DNA from: Candidatus Saccharimonadia bacterium
GTDB lineage: Bacteria; Patescibacteriota; Saccharimonadia; UBA4664
Assembly: GCA_035544015.1 (NCBI GenBank)
Contig: DATKIP010000012.1
Location: forward strand, 182,393 to 246,392
DNA length: 64,000 bases
Reading direction: 5' to 3'
In this document: positions 38,197 to 47,345 of the stretch, piece after piece
How positions within the stretch are numbered: the first letter of the stretch is position 1
How the letters are laid out: the number at the start of each line of letters is the position of its first letter
The notes under the pieces: model-generated
What the model was told of the DNA's origin: nothing
Database searches by the model: none
What the model saw: the letters and a program-made list of their open reading frames with translations, nothing else
Program-made: the position numbers and the translations under genes

Positions 38197-40320
38197 CTAA
38201 CTGTGCTGGTCGCCTACCGCTTTCATACTCAAATTCAATCGTCCCTGGCCGTCGATCTCGAGCAGCTTCACGCGCACCTTGTCGCCCAATTTTACCACAT
38301 CCGAAACTTTTTCCACGCGCTTGTCGCTCATTTGCGACACGTGCACCAGGCCGTCTTTGCCCGGCAAAACGTTCACGAACGCGCCGAATTCCATAAGCTT
38401 CACCACGGTTCCCTCGTAAATCGTACCCACCTCCGGATCCTCGGTAAGGCCGCGGATGATCGCAATCGCCCGCTCAGCGCCGTCAGCGTCGGTGGAGGCA
38501 ATCATTACGAGCCCCGAATCCTCGATGTCGATCTCCACCCCGGTCTCGGCAATAATCCGGTTAATCGTCTCACCACCCTTGCCAATCACATCCTTGATCT
38601 TCTCGGGATTAATCATCAGCTTCGAAATCCGCGGCGCGTACTCGCTCATTTCCCCGCGCGGGGCATCGAGCACTTCCATCATGCGGGTCATGATGTGCTC
38701 ACGTCCAGTTTTGGCTTGAGCAAGTGCTTTACTCATAATTTCCGGGGTAATCCCCTTCACCTTGATGTCCATCTGCAGCGCCGTAATGCCGTCTTTGGTA
38801 CCCGCCACCTTGAAGTCCATGTCGCCGGCAAAATCCTCGGCACCCTGAATATCGCTCAAAATCACGTATTTCCCGGCTTTCTCGTGATCCGTCACGAGCC
38901 CCATCGCAATACCCGCCACCGGCTTGCGAATCGGCACACCCGCGTCCATGAGGCTCAGCGTCGAGCCGCACACGCTCGCCATCGAGCTCGAGCCGTTCTG
39001 GCTAATTACCTCGCTCACCGTGCGAATCGTGTATGGAAAATCCTCCACGGTCGGAATCACCGGCAGCAACGCTCGCTCCGCCAGCGCCCCGTGGCCAATC
39101 TCGCGGCGGCCCGGCGAGCGCATCGGCTTCACCTCGCCACCCGAGTAACCCGGCGCATTGTAGTGGTGCATGTAGCGCTTGGTGGTGTCTTCTTCCATCG
39201 TGTCGATGAGCTGCGCGTAGCTCGTGCTCGCCAGCGTCGTCACGTTGAGCACCTGCGTGCTCCCGCGCGTAAACAACGCCGAACCATGCGTGCGCGGTAG
39301 CAAGCCAACCTGGCTCGAAATCGGTCGCACTTCGGTGGTCTTGCGCCCATCGGGTCGCTCGCCGTCTTCCAAAATCGCCCGGCGAATTTCGTAATCCATC
39401 ACCTTCCGGAATGCCACCTCAATATCACTGTGCTCATAGTTTTCGCCAAATTGCGTCACTGTCTCACCTTCCAGGTTGCGCAGAGCATCATGCCGCGCAT
39501 AGTGATCCTGGTGCCGCACCGCCGGCCCCAATTTGCCGTCCAAAAAGTGCTTGATCGACGCCACCAACTCCTCGTTGGCCAGCACGAGCTCATACGGCTT
39601 TTCCTTCGCCCCCAGCTCTTTGGCGATCTTCTCCTGCAGCTCAATCAGCGGCTGAATGCTTTTGTGCGCCAGCTCGATCGCCGCAATCATCGTCGCCTCA
39701 TCCACCTCATTGGCACCCGCTTCCACCATCATGATGGCGTCTTTGGTACCAGCCACAGTCAAATCAAGCTTCGACTCGGCCATCTGCGATTCGCTCGGGA
39801 ATACCACCAGCTCATCATCCACCAAACCAATCCGCACGCCTGCCACCGGCCCCTCAAATGGCGCACCGCTCAGGCTCAGCGCCATCGACACCGCCGTCAT
39901 CGCGATAATGTTGGGCGCAAATTCCAGGTCCGCGCTCACCACCATCGCCACCGACTGCACATCGTGCCGATAGCCCTTGGGAAACAGCGGCCGAATCGGC
40001 CGGTCGATCAACCGCGCACTCAGCGTAGCGCGCTCGCTCGCCCGCCCCTCGCGCTTAATAAATCGGCTGCCCGAAATCTTACCCGCAGCATAAAACCGCT
40101 CTTCGTAATCAATCAGCAGCGGGAAAAAATCCACGCCATCGCGCGGCGTATTGCTCACCACAGCCGTACCAAACACCACCGTATCGCCATAGCGCACGGT
40201 CACGGCACCATCGGCCAAAAAGCCCATTTTACCGGTCTCAATCGTCAGTTCCCGGCCGGCAAACTCAGTCTTAAACGACCGGGCTTTACCCCCGAACGGG
40301 TGAATAATCTCTTGTTTCAT
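38197..40320 (-). CDS. pnp: Polyribonucleotide nucleotidyltransferase
   Basis: RRE.GHG, NGSSSMAS, GDMDFK, KH and S1 domains; SD TAAGGA before ATG 40320. Confidence 0.98.
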   Translation of the reverse strand: MKQEIIHPFGGKARSFKTEFAGRELTIETGKMGFLADGAVTVRYGDTVVFGTAVVSNTPRDGVDFFPLLIDYEERFYAAGKISGSRFIKREGRASERATLSARLIDRPIRPLFPKGYRHDVQSVAMVVSADLEFAPNIIAMTAVSMALSLSGAPFEGPVAGVRIGLVDDELVVFPSESQMAESKLDLTVAGTKDAIMMVEAGANEVDEATMIAAIELAHKSIQPLIELQEKIAKELGAKEKPYELVLANEELVASIKHFLDGKLGPAVRHQDHYARHDALRNLEGETVTQFGENYEHSDIEVAFRKVMDYEIRRAILEDGERPDGRKTTEVRPISSQVGLLPRTHGSALFTRGSTQVLNVTTLASTSYAQLIDTMEEDTTKRYMHHYNAPGYSGGEVKPMRSPGRREIGHGALAERALLPVIPTVEDFPYTIRTVSEVISQNGSSSMASVCGSTLSLMDAGVPIRKPVAGIAMGLVTDHEKAGKYVILSDIQGAEDFAGDMDFKVAGTKDGITALQMDIKVKGITPEIMSKALAQAKTGREHIMTRMMEVLDAPRGEMSEYAPRISKLMINPEKIKDVIGKGGETINRIIAETGVEIDIEDSGLVMIASTDADGAERAIAIIRGLTEDPEVGTIYEGTVVKLMEFGAFVNVLPGKDGLVHVSQMSDKRVEKVSDVVKLGDKVRVKLLEIDGQGRLNLSMKAVGDQHS

Positions 40321-40476
40321 GTAGTTCCTTAACGGCTTGCGCATACGTGCCAGGGACAAGGGATCAACCGCATAAGGTAGATTCATCCCAAAGCTCTAAC
40401 ACATACTCACGGACGCGCACGCGTTAATTGGTAGCGTAGCCTGGAGGTATGTGCGGACATTGTACCATACCGCGTG

Positions 40477-40743
40477 TTAGCGGCGCAGATCGAGCTTCTT
40501 GAGCACATCCCGGTAGCGCGACGGATCACGCTTGTTGAGATAATCAAGCAACCGGCGGCGCTTGCTCACCATCTTGAGCAGACCACGGCGGGAGTGCTCA
40601 TCTTTTTTGTGCAATTGGAGATGCTTTGTAAGCTCTTTGATCTGCTCGGTAAAAATACCCACCTGAACCTCCGGCGAGCCGGTGTCCTTCTTGTGGGTCT
40701 GTAGACCTGTAATAACCTTGGTTTTCGATTCAGGTTTTAACAT
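40477..40743 (-). CDS. rpsO: 30S ribosomal protein S15
   Basis: [18 protein letters not shown]. Confidence 0.98.
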   Translation of the reverse strand: MLKPESKTKVITGLQTHKKDTGSPEVQVGIFTEQIKELTKHLQLHKKDEHSRRGLLKMVSKRRRLLDYLNKRDPSRYRDVLKKLDLRR

Positions 40744-40844
40744 AACGCAATCGATATTAGCACTTTTTACCTATCTAATCAAGTACCCGTGCCAACGACA
40801 CTATCAAAAGGCCTACGCGTAGCGATTTCTCAGCCTACCGTACG

Positions 40845-40983
40845 GCCAGCTCTGGCCACAACCCATCGAGACCGAACCTAAACTCTGAAGACCGCGGTAT
40901 TCAGAACTTGGGTCGGTCCCGCCCGACCAGCGCGCCTTGTGAGCGCGGGGGTCGGACGGGTTATGACCGGTAGTACAGCTGGC
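40845..40983 (-). ncRNA. Structured 3' trailer (three-way junction) of the DUF5999 gene
   Basis: Closing helices gccagct/agctggc and ccggtcataacc/ggttgtggccag (G-U on - strand) enclose two long hairpins. Confidence 0.55.
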
Positions 40984-41213
40984 TAGGCGGCCGAAGAAGC
41001 GGCGAGTGGCGGTGGCTTGGGGGTCCACGCAGCGTCGAGCGGCGGCGGTCCGAGGACCTTGCCACTCGGCAGAATCTCACCATTATCCGCGAAGGTCACG
41101 ACGCCGTTGCAACGAGTAGCCCATCCCTGATCACCCATGTGATCCGAGACAACGACCGCTTGGTCGCGGTTGGGGGCCTCTGCCGGCGGGCAGGTGGGGT
41201 TGTGTTGGCACAT
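40983..41213 (-). CDS. DUF5999-family small protein (actinobacterial family)
   Basis: MCQH.P.CP.A....R..A.VV..H..QGW...CNGVV.F.D.GEILP.G pattern; SD AAGAGG before ATG 41213. Confidence 0.82.
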   Translation of the reverse strand: MCQHNPTCPPAEAPNRDQAVVVSDHMGDQGWATRCNGVVTFADNGEILPSGKVLGPPPLDAAWTPKPPPLAASSAA

Positions 41214-41422
41214 TTCGTACCTCTTTTCTCCAGGACGAATCCCGGAACCGGCGGACGGAACGAACCCTGCGGGGCCGCAGACGCTCGTTTGGCGCTGTGC
41301 TGTATACACGATCAAGTGAAAGATCTTGGGGGCGGCCGCACGTACAGGGCAGAATGTCTCGTGCGGAGGCGGTCGTCTCCTGGCTGACCTGCGTTACCGC
41401 AGAGCAATCAGCAAACGATCAT
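41214..41422 (-). ncRNA. About 210-nt structured 5' leader of the DUF5999 gene
   Basis: ctgcg-GTAA-cgcag GNRA hairpin; ccag..gacga / tcgtc-ctgg closes a multiloop with ccgcacg/cgtgcgg and aacgagc..ctgcgg/ccgcag..gttcgtt arms. Confidence 0.55.
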
Positions 41423-41428
41423 TACTAC

Positions 41429-41457
41429 ATGTTACCACGTTTATATTTTTTTGTCAA
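41429..41457 (-). promoter_or_regulatory. sigma70 promoter
   Basis: TTGACA-17-TAACAT with TGn. Confidence 0.8.
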
Positions 41458-41545
41458 CCATTTCTGTCACAACATTCAATAAACCACCTTGGATTCTACT
41501 CCATATGTAGAAATATTTACATAGACCTCCTTTTTGCGTTCGGAA

Positions 41546-42232
41546 CTAAACGTTTTTCAGATACAAACGAACGTTTTTCGCTTCCACCAAGGCCAAATCC
41601 TGCGCCTCGGTCAAGCGATACTCCCCCACCTCGGTCCGCACCAGGCCCGAAAGATACGCCCCCGTCTCGAGCAGCGCGCCCAAATCCTCCGCCAACGTCC
41701 GAATATAGGTGCCGCTCGACACTTTGGCCTCCAGCTCCACGACCGGATAATCATACCGAGTCAGCACATTCTCATACACCGTCACCTGCCGGCTCGGCAT
41801 CACCACGGTCTCGCCGGCCCGCGCTCGCTTGTACGCCTCCTTGCCCCCAATCTTGATCGCCGAATACACCGGCGGCGTCTGCGTGATCATCCCGGTCAAC
41901 TGGGCGATCGCCGTCGCCACCGCGGCCCGATCAGGTACCGCCGCACTCACGAGCGTCTTCTCGCCTTCGCCATCGCCGGTGCTGCTAGTAGCACCCAGGG
42001 TTATTTGCGCCACGTAGCGCTTATCGAGCTTTGTCAGCACCTCAGCCCGCTTGCACGCCGCGCCAAACAACATCAGCATCATGCCGGTCGCCAACGGGTC
42101 AAGCGTGCCCGCATGACCGATCTTGCGCACCCCCGTTTGCCGCCGCAGCCGCCGAATAACATCAAATGAAGACAAGCCAACCGGCTTGTCGATTAAAAGC
42201 AGCCCATTAATTTCCGGGGTCGAGGCTTCCAA
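41546..42232 (-). CDS. truB: tRNA pseudouridine(55) synthase
   Basis: IDKP, GHAGTLDP.ATG, YSAIK, GTYIR. Confidence 0.97.
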   Translation of the reverse strand: MEASTPEINGLLLIDKPVGLSSFDVIRRLRRQTGVRKIGHAGTLDPLATGMMLMLFGAACKRAEVLTKLDKRYVAQITLGATSSTGDGEGEKTLVSAAVPDRAAVATAIAQLTGMITQTPPVYSAIKIGGKEAYKRARAGETVVMPSRQVTVYENVLTRYDYPVVELEAKVSSGTYIRTLAEDLGALLETGAYLSGLVRTEVGEYRLTEAQDLALVEAKNVRLYLKNV

Positions 42233-42237
42233 AGCCG

Positions 42238-43581
42238 CTACGAAACCCCTTGTCCGGCCCGCGGCTCAGTCGCCGGTTGATCCACATTAAACATCTCGGC
42301 CGCCGCAGCAAAATCAGCCGCCGGCATACCCTGCGGACGCTCAACGACTACAGGCGCCGGAGCGGCAGCGGCTACGGGCGTGGCTTCGCGCACCAACTCA
42401 AGCTGCGCCTCGTGCACGGGCGCCGGAGCCGACTCCGGCTCGCTCAGTTCAATGTGACTCGGCTGAATAATCGGCAGGTCCGGCGCAGCCGTTGGTTGTT
42501 CGTAGGTCGGCGGCGTACTCACCGGCGCGGGAGTCGTGGCCACCGTCGTCGATGCCTGAGTTGCCGCGGCTGCCGGAGCTGATTCCGCCACAGCCGGCCG
42601 CACGGCGGCGGGCTGGCTCGGCGCCGCCGCACGCTCAACCGTGCGCTCGCGTTCGGGCGCACGCTCACTGCTCCGCTCGGGCGCACGCTCACTCCGCTCA
42701 GCAGGGCGCTCCGCGGTACGCTCGGGCCGATTGCGATCACCACTGCGCTCGCCGCGGTCCTGATTACCACCTCGGTCCTGACCCCCAGACCGCTCACCCC
42801 GATCCTGGCCGCCCCGCGATTCAGACTTACCGTCGCGATACAGCGCCCGCACCACCGCCTGTTGGCGAGCACCCGCTGCCATCATTTGCGCCGCCACCGT
42901 CAAGCTCTTCGGGCTCGTATGCGAAGCCGTAAAACGATCAGTCGAAGCCACAATCCCCATCAGCAGCGCCGTCGCAATTTCGGCGTCAATAATACCGCTC
43001 TGCAAACTTTCACTCAGCGCCACCAACATTTCGCACAAACTCGAAGCATTCGGCTCGATCAAGTTAACCGCTGCGTAGTTTTCATTGGAACGATGGAAGT
43101 CGAGGTTAACCATCGGAATCGTTTCAAACGACGCCAAATTCTGCTCGTAAATCCGGTCAATCCGCGCCCGCGTCGGCACGCCCAGCACAATCGCCAGATC
43201 GTAGTGAAACGCCCCATAGCCAAACGTCACATCGCTCGGCGCAAAACTACCCCGAGACGGCGTCAAATGAATATTGAGCTTGTTCTCAGCCACTTCGTAG
43301 CGCAGCTGATCAACCTCAGCCTTCGAAACGTCCACTTTCAGCAAGAAATCGCGCGACCCACCCAAGCCGCGTTCCACCGTGCCCATCTCAAGCGCCGCCA
43401 CCGAAGCCGGAGGGTTATCACTAATGATTGGCGTCACCGTCTTACCAAATTTGCGCAAAATCGCCGCCAACGCCAAAACCGCCGTCGCCTGGTCAACCGA
43501 CGGGTGCTGGCCGGTCAAGATCAAAATGGTCTCAGCCTGGCGAATTGCTTCGGACGTCTGTTGTTTGGGAGTTAAGTCCAT
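42238..43581 (-). CDS. Degenerate DHH-family protein with long disordered C-tail
   Basis: DHH-fold motifs present but altered (HPSVD, IVLG, DFH, ASS..E, T.RF); about 195-aa low-complexity tail. Confidence 0.75.
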   Translation of the reverse strand: MDLTPKQQTSEAIRQAETILILTGQHPSVDQATAVLALAAILRKFGKTVTPIISDNPPASVAALEMGTVERGLGGSRDFLLKVDVSKAEVDQLRYEVAENKLNIHLTPSRGSFAPSDVTFGYGAFHYDLAIVLGVPTRARIDRIYEQNLASFETIPMVNLDFHRSNENYAAVNLIEPNASSLCEMLVALSESLQSGIIDAEIATALLMGIVASTDRFTASHTSPKSLTVAAQMMAAGARQQAVVRALYRDGKSESRGGQDRGERSGGQDRGGNQDRGERSGDRNRPERTAERPAERSERAPERSSERAPERERTVERAAAPSQPAAVRPAVAESAPAAAATQASTTVATTPAPVSTPPTYEQPTAAPDLPIIQPSHIELSEPESAPAPVHEAQLELVREATPVAAAAPAPVVVERPQGMPAADFAAAAEMFNVDQPATEPRAGQGVS

Positions 43582-43711
43582 AGGTTGCTAATCTACCTCA
43601 TTTGAGGCTATTTGTCAATAGTTTTGCTTATGCTTCGGCTGCACGGGAAGCCATATCTTTACAAGTAAGCCAAAATCGGGTATATTCTCTTGGTACTTTA
43701 GGAACTCCTTC

Positions 43712-44149
43712 ATGCCTATCATCAAATCCGCCATCAAGCGGGCTAAACAAGCCCTCGTTCGCCGCAGCCGCAACCTGCAAGTTAAGCGTGCCGTCAAACA
43801 AGACATTTCGGCTCTTCAGGCAGCGCTCGGTGGTGGCGACACCAAACTCATCGAGACCAGCCTGGCTGCCGCCTACTCCGAAATTGACCGTGCCGTCAAA
43901 AAGCACACCATCCACAAAAACACTGCCGCCCGCCGCAAAAGCTCGCTAGCCCACGCCGTTGCCCAAGCCAGCGGTGCCGAAAAAGCCCCTGTCGAGGCCA
44001 AAACCACCAAGGGAGCCGGCAAAAAAGCCGCCACCGCCAAAACTGCGGCCAAGAAGGCTCCAGCCACCAAAACCGCTGCCGCCAAGCCCGCCGCTGCCAA
44101 AAAGCCCGTTGCGAAAAAACCAGCTGCGAAAAAGACCACCGAAAAATAA
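43712..44149 (+). CDS. rpsT: 30S ribosomal protein S20 with Lys/Ala-rich tail
   Basis: MP.IKSA.KR, ID.A.KK..IHKN.AAR.KS. Confidence 0.96.
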   Translation: MPIIKSAIKRAKQALVRRSRNLQVKRAVKQDISALQAALGGGDTKLIETSLAAAYSEIDRAVKKHTIHKNTAARRKSSLAHAVAQASGAEKAPVEAKTTKGAGKKAATAKTAAKKAPATKTAAAKPAAAKKPVAKKPAAKKTTEK

Positions 44150-44169
44150 TCTCGACTTCTTCAAAAACC

Positions 44170-44190
44170 AGGGCCTTCGGGCCCTTTTTT
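44170..44190 (+). terminator. Intrinsic terminator
   Basis: agggcc-ttcg-ggccct followed by T-tract. Confidence 0.9.
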
Positions 44191-44249
44191 GTTGTCTGAT
44201 GCCCAGATCGACAAGGGCTTGGCGTAAACCCAAAGTAGCGCTATAGTAC

Positions 44250-44852
44250 ATGGCTGTGACTATCCCCGAACTCAAACAAGACATTAGCTTTCAAGCCACG
44301 CTGCGCGGCCAACCCCTCACCTTCCACTCCACGTGGGGCCTCTTCAGCCCCAAAGCCATCGATGAAGGCACCGTACTCCTGTTAAACCATATCGAGATCG
44401 CGCCCAACGCTCACGTGCTCGACCTTGGCTGCGGCTACGGGCCGCTTGGCCTCACGCTCGCAAAATTGGCTCCCCAGGGTCAAATACACCTCGTGGACAA
44501 AGACTTCGTCGCCATCGAATTCACCGCCAAAAACGCCCAGCTCAACCACCTCTCCAACACCCAGGCCTATCTATCCAACGGCTTCGCGCACGTCCCGCCC
44601 AGCGAAAAATTCGACCTCATCGTCTCCAACATACCGGCCAAAATCGGCACCGAGTTACTGCAAATATTCCTCCACGACGCCCACGCTCACCTCAACCCCG
44701 GCGGCCGGCTCTACCTCGTCACCGTCTCCGGACTCAAGGAGTACATGAAGCGCCACCTCACCGCCGTTTTCGGCAATTACTCTAAGCTCAAACAGTCCAA
44801 AACCTACACCGCCGCCATGGCGGTCAAAACCGACGCCGGAGACATGGCATGA
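44250..44852 (+). CDS. MTS/RsmC-like class I SAM methyltransferase
   Basis: GLFS...D.GT.LL, DLGCGYG, SNIP. Confidence 0.9.
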   Translation: MAVTIPELKQDISFQATLRGQPLTFHSTWGLFSPKAIDEGTVLLLNHIEIAPNAHVLDLGCGYGPLGLTLAKLAPQGQIHLVDKDFVAIEFTAKNAQLNHLSNTQAYLSNGFAHVPPSEKFDLIVSNIPAKIGTELLQIFLHDAHAHLNPGGRLYLVTVSGLKEYMKRHLTAVFGNYSKLKQSKTYTAAMAVKTDAGDMA

Positions 44853-45613
44853 AACTACTCCAGATCAACGTCTGGCAGGGCCGCCTGCTGCGCCCCTTGC
44901 TCGACCTCGTCAAGCACGAATCGCCCGACATCATCTGTGCCCAAGAAATTTACACCTACCCCGAGCCAATTGCCCCCACCTCACCCTGGAATTATTTCCG
45001 CACTGTTGAGCGAATCGCCGAGCTCGGCGGATACCAATATGTTCACTTTGCGCTCAGCACCACATTCACGATGGCAGATCATCCGCTGGGATACGGCAAC
45101 GCCATTCTCTCCCGCTACCCCCTCCACGACGCCTCGGTTCACTACACCGGCGGACCAGGACCGCTCACCCAAAACCACCTCGCGGCCTACGACAGCAACG
45201 CCACGCGCAACTTCCAACACGTAGTGGTAGACGCCGGCTCGACCAATATTAACCTCATCAACCACCATGGCCACTGGGTAAACCAGCCGCTCGGCGACGA
45301 TGCTTCAGCCCATCGGCTCCAGCTCGTGGCCAAATTCGTCGCCGGCCTCACCGGCCCCGTCATCGTCACCGGCGACTTCAATCTCTCGCCCCAAAGCCCC
45401 GCCATGAAACAATTCCTCGAAACTACCGGTCTCACCGACCAAGTTACCACTGCAGGCACCATTACCACCTCCCTATCGGCCGCCCATTATCTGTCCACCC
45501 CCATTGTTTGCGACTATATTTTGACGAACCCCGAGCTCACCGTCAGCTCGCTGCACGCCTCCGACCGTCTCGTTTCCGACCACCGCGCCATCATCGCCGA
45601 AATCGACGCCTAG
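44849..45613 (+). CDS. Endonuclease/exonuclease/phosphatase family protein
   Basis: N, QE, GNAILSRYP, GDFN, D.I, SDH. Confidence 0.92.
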   Translation: MKLLQINVWQGRLLRPLLDLVKHESPDIICAQEIYTYPEPIAPTSPWNYFRTVERIAELGGYQYVHFALSTTFTMADHPLGYGNAILSRYPLHDASVHYTGGPGPLTQNHLAAYDSNATRNFQHVVVDAGSTNINLINHHGHWVNQPLGDDASAHRLQLVAKFVAGLTGPVIVTGDFNLSPQSPAMKQFLETTGLTDQVTTAGTITTSLSAAHYLSTPIVCDYILTNPELTVSSLHASDRLVSDHRAIIAEIDA

Positions 45614-45640
45614 CCAACCCGCCTGATATACTCATAGCCT

Positions 45641-45853
45641 ATGGCAAAAACACCCACCGATCCCCTCCGCGCGCGCCTGCTCGAACTCGCCGAAGAGATA
45701 AGCGAGCACACCGCCGGCCTCCGCGACTTCGGCACTACCCCCGGCAATGCCTGGCTGGCCAAAGGCGAGCTCCAACACCTCACCACCCTGCTCGCCGACA
45801 TGGAAAGCCTGCTCGAAGAGATCAAAGTCGCCGACGCCGAAGCCGGCTACTGA
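45641..45853 (+). CDS. Small hypothetical helical protein
   Basis: 70 aa, TATACT 8 nt upstream, C-ending codons. Confidence 0.6.
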   Translation: MAKTPTDPLRARLLELAEEISEHTAGLRDFGTTPGNAWLAKGELQHLTTLLADMESLLEEIKVADAEAGY

Positions 45854-46785
45854 GCCACACCCGCCGCCACGCGGTAAATCAGCTGCTCCACGCCCACATC
45901 GGCCTTCACGCGGCCGGTCTTGACGTCGTACTCGCAGTCCGCCGCCGCTAGGTAGGCACTCCGCAGCGCCGCCTCACTCATGCGATCCTGAACCGCCGCC
46001 ATTTTGCCGGCCACAAACGGACTCATGCCAGCCGCTTTGGCCAGCTCGTTTGGGCTCATGGCCGCCGGGGCACTCTTGGCGAGCAGCAAGTTGCGCAATT
46101 GCCACTGCACCATAGTGAGGATATAAATTTCACTCTCTCGCCGCTCCAACAGCGCCCGATAACCCGCCAATGCCGCCGCCGTACGTCCGGCCGTCATCGC
46201 CTCCACCAGCTCAAAAATCGATTGCTCCACGCTCGACGTCACGAGCGCCCGCACATTTTGCACCGTCACCACCGCATCATAATTCACCAGTTTGTTGATC
46301 TCGCCGCTCAGCCGCCATTGATCCTCGCCGGCCATATCAACCAGCTCGCGCATCACCGCTGGTTCGGCCGAGCCACCAAGGCGCGTAATCTCTGCCCGCA
46401 CCCAGCCCAGGAGCTTAGGGCCACTCAGCGGCTCAAATTTCACCACCTTATCGGCCTTCGACAGCTGCTTAAACACGGTTGTGCGCTGATCCACCTCCCG
46501 GTCGGCAAACACCGCCACCGTCGAGGCCGGCACCCCGGCCATGATGCCGGCTAGCTTGTCACCAATGGCTTTGTTAAGGGCCAAACCTTCCACAATCACC
46601 AATCGCGAATTCGCCAAAAACGGGCTGGCCTGCAGCACACCCGTCAGCTCATGCGGCCGCATCGTCGCCCCCTCCACCCGCTCCAGGCCAAAATCCGCCC
46701 CCGCTTTCGCCACGTAAGCCTCCACCATCTGCTGAATTTGCCGGTGCAACTCGTACGTATTGGGGCCGTAGAAAAATAACGTCAT
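45847..46785 (-). CDS. holA: DNA polymerase III delta subunit
   Basis: F.YG, PFLA..RLVIV, E..KL, IF.L, D..VKTG. Confidence 0.92.
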   Translation of the reverse strand: MTLFFYGPNTYELHRQIQQMVEAYVAKAGADFGLERVEGATMRPHELTGVLQASPFLANSRLVIVEGLALNKAIGDKLAGIMAGVPASTVAVFADREVDQRTTVFKQLSKADKVVKFEPLSGPKLLGWVRAEITRLGGSAEPAVMRELVDMAGEDQWRLSGEINKLVNYDAVVTVQNVRALVTSSVEQSIFELVEAMTAGRTAAALAGYRALLERRESEIYILTMVQWQLRNLLLAKSAPAAMSPNELAKAAGMSPFVAGKMAAVQDRMSEAALRSAYLAAADCEYDVKTGRVKADVGVEQLIYRVAAGVAQ

Positions 46786-46823
46786 ACCAGATAGTGTAGC
46801 GCATCTGATTTCCATGCCCCATT

Positions 46824-47297
46824 GTGCGCCAAGCCGTAATCGCGTACCGTAAAGCCATGAAGCTCGGGCTGGACGATCCTTTCGAATATATCAAAGCTCA
46901 CCGTCTCGCCAATATCCTGGGCCTCTTGGCTTGTCTAGCCTTCGGCTTCCTCCTCCTATTTGCCACCGGTCTGCTCGCACTGGTGCTACTCGGCTGCCTC
47001 ATAGCCGCCATCGGCATCGATACTCAGATTCTCAATGCCATCAAAAACAACCAAAATATTCGGCCGCACCTCATCAAACAAATAGCGGTTGGCACCGCGG
47101 CCAGCCTCATCATCACCTTTGCGGCCTACCAGTATCCCGACCTTGGTTGCCTCTGCGATACCGGCATCACCGGCCTAAGAATAGGCAGCACTGCCCTCGC
47201 ATTCGCAATTAGTGCTCTCATCTTAGTAGTACCGGGGATCGTGTTACTCCGACATACAAAGCTGCCGCTAGCTAATTCCTCTCCCAAAAATACCTGA
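46824..47297 (+). CDS. Hypothetical membrane protein
   Basis: Four hydrophobic segments; start uncertain (46824 GTG or 46857 ATG). Confidence 0.65.
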   Translation: MRQAVIAYRKAMKLGLDDPFEYIKAHRLANILGLLACLAFGFLLLFATGLLALVLLGCLIAAIGIDTQILNAIKNNQNIRPHLIKQIAVGTAASLIITFAAYQYPDLGCLCDTGITGLRIGSTALAFAISALILVVPGIVLLRHTKLPLANSSPKNT

Positions 47298-47329
47298 CAT
47301 TTTGCAGGCATGTAATTTGTCAGGTATTT
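47288..47329. terminator. Inverted repeat between convergent genes
   Basis: aaatacctgaca ... tgtcaggtattt (12 bp). Confidence 0.6.
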
Positions 47330-47345
47330 CCGCCTACCCTACTAC

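Noticed and set aside
40813-41028. 71-aa ORF downstream of DUF5999
   Set aside because: Overlaps the DUF5999 end and the structured trailer; no SD and no coding-like composition.
42650-42815. Short direct repeats as a CRISPR array
   Set aside because: In-frame coding repeats of the DHH tail, with no spacers or cas genes.
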